In this document: in pieces, positions 58,250-63,379 of the stretch | Layout of the letters: each line of letters begins with the position of its first letter | How positions within the stretch are numbered: position 1 is the first letter of the stretch | NCBI GenBank assembly: GCA_040398005.1 | Contig: JBBAUX010000001.1 | Coordinates: 163,490 to 226,868, forward strand | From: Opitutales bacterium | GTDB taxonomy: Bacteria > Verrucomicrobiota > Verrucomicrobiia > Opitutales > UBA953 | Reading direction: 5' to 3' | DNA length: 63,379 nt | Translations under genes and position numbers: made by a program | Notes under the pieces: model-generated | The model's input: only the letters and a program-made list of their open reading frames with translations | The model's database searches: none | Told to the model about the DNA's origin: nothing

Positions 58250-58531
58250 TTAAAAAATCGGACGATGTTCCGGCGGTTGTCCTGGTGCGGGCACGGGCTT
58301 TTCTGATTTCTGTGCAGGCTTAGACTGATTGGAGGCTGCCGCAGGCTCTGTAGCTTTAGGAGCTTCAGACTTGGGTGCTTTTTCAGCCGCAGAAGTTTTT
58401 GTTTCAACAGGCGCTACGCCTGTTGACGTTTCCGGTGCTGCTGCATCCTTGGATTGGCACTGGCTGAGTGCGAAAATCGCCAAAGCGAACGCGATGACGG
58501 TGAGAGTGATTTTACTTTTATTTGATTTCAT
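58250..58531 (-). CDS. Small exported or lipoprotein-like low-complexity protein
   Basis: MKSNKSKITLTVIAFALAIFALSQC followed by an A/P/K/E/S/T-rich tail; starts 7 nt after the permease stop. Confidence 0.65.
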   Translation of the reverse strand: MKSNKSKITLTVIAFALAIFALSQCQSKDAAAPETSTGVAPVETKTSAAEKAPKSEAPKATEPAAASNQSKPAQKSEKPVPAPGQPPEHRPIF

Positions 58532-58538
58532 AAAATAA

Positions 58539-60026
58539 TTATTGGGCTTTATTGTTTCGAACGAGTTCAGCGTTTCGTTTTCCGTATAGGAAGTAAACCA
58601 CCAATCCGATGGCCATCCAGACGCCGAGACGGATCCATGTGTCGAGTGGTAAGCTATACATGAGATAAAAACATGCCGCGGCACCGGCTGGACCGACGAA
58701 CCAAATGAACGGAGTTCTAAACGGACGATGGAGTTCAGGATTTACTTTTCTAAGCACCATCACGCCGATACAAACCAAGGCGAAGGCGAAGAGGGTGCCG
58801 ATACTGCAGAGCTCGCCCACGAGTCCAATGGGTGCCAATCCCGCAGCGACCATGATGACCATGCCAGTGACTAACGTAATACGAGCGGGGGTTTGGAACC
58901 GTGGATGAATTTTGCCGAAGTTCACGGGCAATAAGCCGTCTTTCGACATCGCGAAGAAGACGCGGGTCTGCCCCAGCATTAAAACGAGAATCACCGAACT
59001 AAGACCCAAAATCGCACCGAATTTGATAAAGGGGGCGAGCCAAGGTAAGCCCATGGCGTCAATACCTTTGGCAATCGGCTGCGCCACGCTGAGTTGGTCG
59101 TAGGGAATGACGCCCGTGAGTACGTAGGCTACCAAAATATAAAGTACGGTGCAGATGACGAGTGATCCGAGAATTCCCATCGGCATATCGCGTTGGGGAT
59201 TTTTAGATTCTTGCGCCGCCGTCGAAACCGCATCGAAACCAATGTAGGCGAAGAAGACGACGCCCGAGGCACGTACTATTCCATCCCATCCAAATTGTCC
59301 GACTCCCATCTGCGGTGGAATGAAAAGACCAGCAGGATTATTAACAGTCACCCAATTAGAATGTGCCACGTGGCCAAGTCCCACCGCGATGAAGATAACA
59401 ATGATAGTAACTTTGAGAACAACGAAGGCCGCATTCACGCGCGCGGATTCTTCAATACCGATTGTGAGAATGGCGGTTACTGCAGCCACGACTAGCATGG
59501 CTGGTAAATTAATCAACGCTCCCGTGCCGACAAAATGATAGGCTCCAGTACTTGCATCTAAAACCCAATTCACAGGGGCGGAAGCCCAGGCTGCAGGAAT
59601 CGCTAAACCGAATCCTTGAAGAAATCCATTAAGATATCCCGACCAACCGACGGCTACGGTTACTGCGCCGACTCCGTATTCTAAAACTAAATCCCAACCA
59701 ATAATCCAGGCCATCAATTCTCCGAGCGTCGCATAAGAATAAGTGTACGCACTGCCCGATACGGGAACAGCTGCGGCCATTTCGGAATAACAGAGACCTG
59801 CCAATCCGCACGTAATAGCACTGATGATAAAAGAGATCACGACGGCGGGTCCAGCGTGATCAGCCGCGGCGTGACCGGTCAGTACGAAGATACCTGCACC
59901 GATGATTCCCCCGATGCCAATCATCACGAGATTGTAGGCACTGAGTGATCGCTTGAGCGTTTCGCTTCCGGTGAGAGCCGCTTCACGATGTAATTCAGTA
60001 ATACTCTTTTTGGTAAAAATATTCAT
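58539..60026 (-). CDS. APC family amino acid permease (CAT-like)
   Basis: GIGGIIGAGIFVLTG, PVSGSAYTY, FAYIGFD, SIGTL; about 12-13 TMs. Confidence 0.92.
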   Translation of the reverse strand: MNIFTKKSITELHREAALTGSETLKRSLSAYNLVMIGIGGIIGAGIFVLTGHAAADHAGPAVVISFIISAITCGLAGLCYSEMAAAVPVSGSAYTYSYATLGELMAWIIGWDLVLEYGVGAVTVAVGWSGYLNGFLQGFGLAIPAAWASAPVNWVLDASTGAYHFVGTGALINLPAMLVVAAVTAILTIGIEESARVNAAFVVLKVTIIVIFIAVGLGHVAHSNWVTVNNPAGLFIPPQMGVGQFGWDGIVRASGVVFFAYIGFDAVSTAAQESKNPQRDMPMGILGSLVICTVLYILVAYVLTGVIPYDQLSVAQPIAKGIDAMGLPWLAPFIKFGAILGLSSVILVLMLGQTRVFFAMSKDGLLPVNFGKIHPRFQTPARITLVTGMVIMVAAGLAPIGLVGELCSIGTLFAFALVCIGVMVLRKVNPELHRPFRTPFIWFVGPAGAAACFYLMYSLPLDTWIRLGVWMAIGLVVYFLYGKRNAELVRNNKAQ

Positions 60027-60181
60027 TGGGGGTAGTGGAATGCCCAATTTCTACTAGAAAACGCTGATTTCGCAAGATTACATAATCAGGCGGTGCCTAT
60101 TCGCTAAACCCCTATTTACCGCTAATATATGATTTAGCGTATTATCTCGCACTTTCTAAATCTCCTACTCACTTTGCCTCA

Positions 60182-61501
60182 ATGCCATTCGCATCACTAG
60201 GGCTCGACGCCTCCATTCTTAAAGCTGTAGCTGACCAAGGTTACACCGAGCCTACGCCTATTCAAAAGGCCACCATCCCAATTATCTTAGAAGGTACGGA
60301 CGTGATCGGCATCGCCCAAACGGGTACCGGCAAAACAGCTGCATTTACTCTGCCTATTTTAACCCGTCTCGTTACTACAAAATCCAACACCCATAAAGCG
60401 AAGGTTCGTTGTTTGATTCTCGCTCCAACCCGTGAGCTCGTTGTGCAAATCGCCGAAAATGTCGCCGCCTACTCACGCTACTCCGGTGCAACGGTGGCTA
60501 CTTGTTACGGTGGTGTCAGCGAACGTCCGCAAATTGCTGCGCTGCGTAAAGGTTGTGACTTCTTAATCGCCACCCCTGGTCGCTTGCTCGATCTCGGTAG
60601 CCAAGGTCACGGAGATTTTTCTGCGATTGAATGTCTGGTTCTCGACGAAGCTGACCGCATGTTGGACATGGGCTTCTTACCTGCCATCAACACCATCGTA
60701 CGCGCACTTCCTAAAGAGCGTCAGACCTTAATGTTCTCGGCGACTCTCTCGCGCGAAATCGAAACTTTAACCAAACAGTATCAGCGCGAACCTAAACTCA
60801 TTGAGGTCGGACGTCGTTCCAACCCTGCAGAAACGGTCACGCAATTACTTTACGAATGCCCTTCATCCCTCAAGCAGGTGATGTTAAATCAGCTCCTCAA
60901 GGACGAAGAAAATTTCAAGATGGTCCTTGTCTTCGCTCGTACTAAACACGGCGCTGATCGCGTCTGTCGCAAACTCGAAGCTGATAAAATTCATTGCGCT
61001 GCGATTCACGCGAATCGTTCACAAGCTCAACGTCAACGTGCGCTCCAAGCTTTTAAGAATGGTGAAGTGCGTGTTCTCGTCGCGACGGATATCGCCTCAC
61101 GCGGTATCGATGTAGACGGAATTTCACACGTCGTTAATTTCGACTTCCCTGATCAACTCGAAGATTACGTCCACCGTATCGGTCGTACGGGTCGTGCCTC
61201 AGCGAAGGGTACAGCGATTACCTTTATTACTCGTGAAAATCAAGGTGACCTCCGTCGACTTGAAAGAATCATCGGTAAGCATTTACACTGCGGTAAATTA
61301 AAAGATTTCGATTACTCGCAACAAGCTCCGGCCCGTCAGCCCGATGACTTCGTCCGCGAACGCGATCCACGTGCGGGTGCTCACAACAGCGAGCGCTCCG
61401 GCCGTCCTCAAGGTGGCCGTCATGGTGGTTTCCGTGCCGCTCAAGGAAAGTATCGTCCTTTCGGACGTCCAGGTACCCGTCGCACGGGCGGTCCTAAGTA
61501 A
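60182..61501 (+). CDS. DEAD-box RNA helicase (RhlE-like)
   Basis: Q motif PTPIQ, AQTGTGKT, PTREL, TPGR, DEAD, SAT, HRIGRTGR, RG-rich tail. Confidence 0.95.
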   Translation: MPFASLGLDASILKAVADQGYTEPTPIQKATIPIILEGTDVIGIAQTGTGKTAAFTLPILTRLVTTKSNTHKAKVRCLILAPTRELVVQIAENVAAYSRYSGATVATCYGGVSERPQIAALRKGCDFLIATPGRLLDLGSQGHGDFSAIECLVLDEADRMLDMGFLPAINTIVRALPKERQTLMFSATLSREIETLTKQYQREPKLIEVGRRSNPAETVTQLLYECPSSLKQVMLNQLLKDEENFKMVLVFARTKHGADRVCRKLEADKIHCAAIHANRSQAQRQRALQAFKNGEVRVLVATDIASRGIDVDGISHVVNFDFPDQLEDYVHRIGRTGRASAKGTAITFITRENQGDLRRLERIIGKHLHCGKLKDFDYSQQAPARQPDDFVRERDPRAGAHNSERSGRPQGGRHGGFRAAQGKYRPFGRPGTRRTGGPK

Positions 61502-61551
61502 ACAGCGGTCCGGTGATTTGCTTTTGGTATTAAACCACGTCTAATGCAGGC

Positions 61552-63093
61552 GTGGCTACTTCCGTTCGACTGATTCTAGGCGACCAACAGAATTTAAATC
61601 ACTCCTGGTTTAAGAAAGTAAGCCCCGATGTAGTCTATGTTCTAATGGAGGTGCGTTCCGAGACGGATTACGTCCTGCACCACGCTCAGAAGGTCATCGC
61701 CATCTTTGCCGGCATGCGACGTTTGGCGGAGCAGTTGAAAAAAGCCGGCCATCAGGTGAGGTACTTTCATATTTTAGATAAAGATAACACCCAGCATTTC
61801 GCCACGAATCTCAAGAAAGTGATTAAAGAGGTCGGCGCTAAGCGTTTTGAATATCAAGAGCCCGATGAATATCGTCTCGACCAAGAGCTTAAATCCTTCG
61901 CCAAAGATTCAGGTTTGGAATCTGTCTGCGTAAGTTCGGAACATTTTATCGATGAGCGTGCTGGGGTCGCTAAACACTTTCAGAAAGACGCCAAGCGTTG
62001 GGTCATGGAATCTTATTACCGTCGGATGCGTCAACGCACCGATATGCTGATGGAGAGTGATGGTGAGCCGCTGGGCGGGCAGTGGAATTTCGATCACGAC
62101 AATCGTAAGCCCTGGAAGGGTAAACCGAACTTGGTAAAGTCGTGGGATTTATCACATGACCACTCAGCACTTTGGTCGGAGATTCAAAAGAGTGGGGCGA
62201 AGACTTTCGGCAATCCTTCCGCTGATAATTTTCCATGGCCACAAGATCGCGCCGAAGCCCTCGCTCAATTAAAAGCCTTCATTCAAAAAGGATTAACGAA
62301 TTTCGGAGATTACGAAGATGCGATGCACACTGATTCAGATCGACTGTTTCACTCACGTCTATCGTTCGCCTTAAATGTAAAACTGCTTTCGCCCTTAGAG
62401 GTAGCTCACGCTGCGGTTAATGCACATCTTAAAAATCCTGACACCTATCCGCTCGCTGCAACGGAAGGATTTGTCCGTCAAATCATCGGTTGGCGTGAAT
62501 ACATTCGCGGAGTCTATTGGGCGAAGATGCCCGATTACGAAAAATCCAATGGTCTCGAGCATACGTTATCTCTGCCTTCATGGTTTTGGACCGGTAAGGT
62601 GAAGATGAATTGCATGAAGCATTCCGTGGGACAGTCACTAGAGACAGCTTACGCCCACCACATTCAGCGTCTTATGGTGATCGGTTCATTTTGTTTAACG
62701 GCGGGAATCGATCCTGCAGAAGTTGAGAAGTGGTATTTGGGAGTTTATATCGATGCGTTTCAATGGGTTGAACTTCCGAATGTGATCGGTATGAGTCAGC
62801 ACGCAGATGGAGGTTTTCTCGCGACTAAACCTTACTGTTGTGCAGCCAGTTATGTTTCCAAGATGTCGAATTACTGCACCGGTTGCATGTATGACCCGAA
62901 AGACCGATACGGTGATAAGGCTTGTCCGCTCAATGCGTTGTATTGGGATTTTTGGTTACGTCATCAGAAGCGATTTTTAAATAATCCACGCATTGGTATG
63001 GCCGTTCGACAGGCTGCAAATATGTCACCCGCCGAGCAGAGTGCCGTGCGCAAAAAAGCCGATGCCTTAAGGGCGGATATCGATAATCTCTGA
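61552..63093 (+). CDS. FeS-BCP cryptochrome/(6-4) photolyase (PhrB/CryB type)
   Basis: LILGDQ, HHAQK, GGQWNFD..NR, FVRQIIGWRE, AHHIQRLM, and four Fe-S Cys (MNCM; NYCTGC; KACP). Confidence 0.9.
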   Translation: MATSVRLILGDQQNLNHSWFKKVSPDVVYVLMEVRSETDYVLHHAQKVIAIFAGMRRLAEQLKKAGHQVRYFHILDKDNTQHFATNLKKVIKEVGAKRFEYQEPDEYRLDQELKSFAKDSGLESVCVSSEHFIDERAGVAKHFQKDAKRWVMESYYRRMRQRTDMLMESDGEPLGGQWNFDHDNRKPWKGKPNLVKSWDLSHDHSALWSEIQKSGAKTFGNPSADNFPWPQDRAEALAQLKAFIQKGLTNFGDYEDAMHTDSDRLFHSRLSFALNVKLLSPLEVAHAAVNAHLKNPDTYPLAATEGFVRQIIGWREYIRGVYWAKMPDYEKSNGLEHTLSLPSWFWTGKVKMNCMKHSVGQSLETAYAHHIQRLMVIGSFCLTAGIDPAEVEKWYLGVYIDAFQWVELPNVIGMSQHADGGFLATKPYCCAASYVSKMSNYCTGCMYDPKDRYGDKACPLNALYWDFWLRHQKRFLNNPRIGMAVRQAANMSPAEQSAVRKKADALRADIDNL

Positions 63094-63174
63094 TTTCACT
63101 GGGGTAAAAGAAAGGGTCTGGTTTGTCAGATTGACAACTCCACTCCCACACGGCTTAACAAACATTCCTTTGCT

Positions 63175-63251
<77 letters not shown>

Positions 63252-63266
63252 GAGGAAGTTTAAAAA

Positions 63267-63379
63267 TCTAGGGGACACGTGGGCAAGGTGACATGGGGAC
63301 AAGGGGAGATGTCTTTTAACGACTTCGTCGTTCAATTATTTAATATAGGTTTCAGACACAACCCCTTGCCAACGTGCCC
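63267..63379. repeat. Second, ORF-less copy of the 8-mer inverted-arm element (runs to window end)
   Basis: 63267-63307 matches the reverse complement of 51680-51720 at 36/41. 63364-63379 is the exact reverse complement of 51108-51123. Confidence 0.88.

Noticed and set aside
60027..60181. Riboswitch or thermosensor between the permease and the DEAD-box helicase
   Set aside because: Only short inverted repeats (CGCTAA..TTAGCG; TTTCTA-C-TAGAAA) are present and there is no recognisable Rfam pattern. An Infernal search would be needed.

Overview
A densely packed bacterial chromosome segment with about 60 CDS, tRNA-Val(TAC) and tRNA-Pro(GGG). Protein style and gene content suggest a streamlined Verrucomicrobiota (Opitutae-like) aquatic genome; this is inference and no search was run. 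Most genes are housekeeping: a sulfonate/nitrate-type ABC operon, obgE, msrB, erpA, dus, oligopeptidase A, typA, tsaE, rpmH-rnpA-yidD, an LTA-synthase/PAP2 pair, a U32/RlhA-like hydroxylase, recD2, surE, tolQRA-like genes, oppA, P-II, trpF, hemCD, actP, ilvNC, a CCA enzyme, uvrA, pstSCAB-phoU, aspC, ffh, aspS, a DEAD-box helicase and an FeS (6-4) photolyase. The most unusual structure is at 51104-51720: an AT-rich four-helix-bundle (23S-IVP/Avd-like) gene sits between convergent genes, flanked by inverted arms built of degenerate 8-mers (KGRCANGK). The same arms recur without an ORF, in the opposite orientation, just after tRNA-Pro at the window end. This suggests a filled and an empty version of a repeat-bounded mobile or regulatory element with no transposase, integrase or RT in view. 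Other oddities are a histone-H1-like tail on ObgE, tRNA-Val where ilvB is usually found, an SGNH protein lacking its catalytic Ser, a lipoprotein MsrB, a sigma-54 promoter on the P-II gene, and starts that mostly lack Shine-Dalgarno sites.
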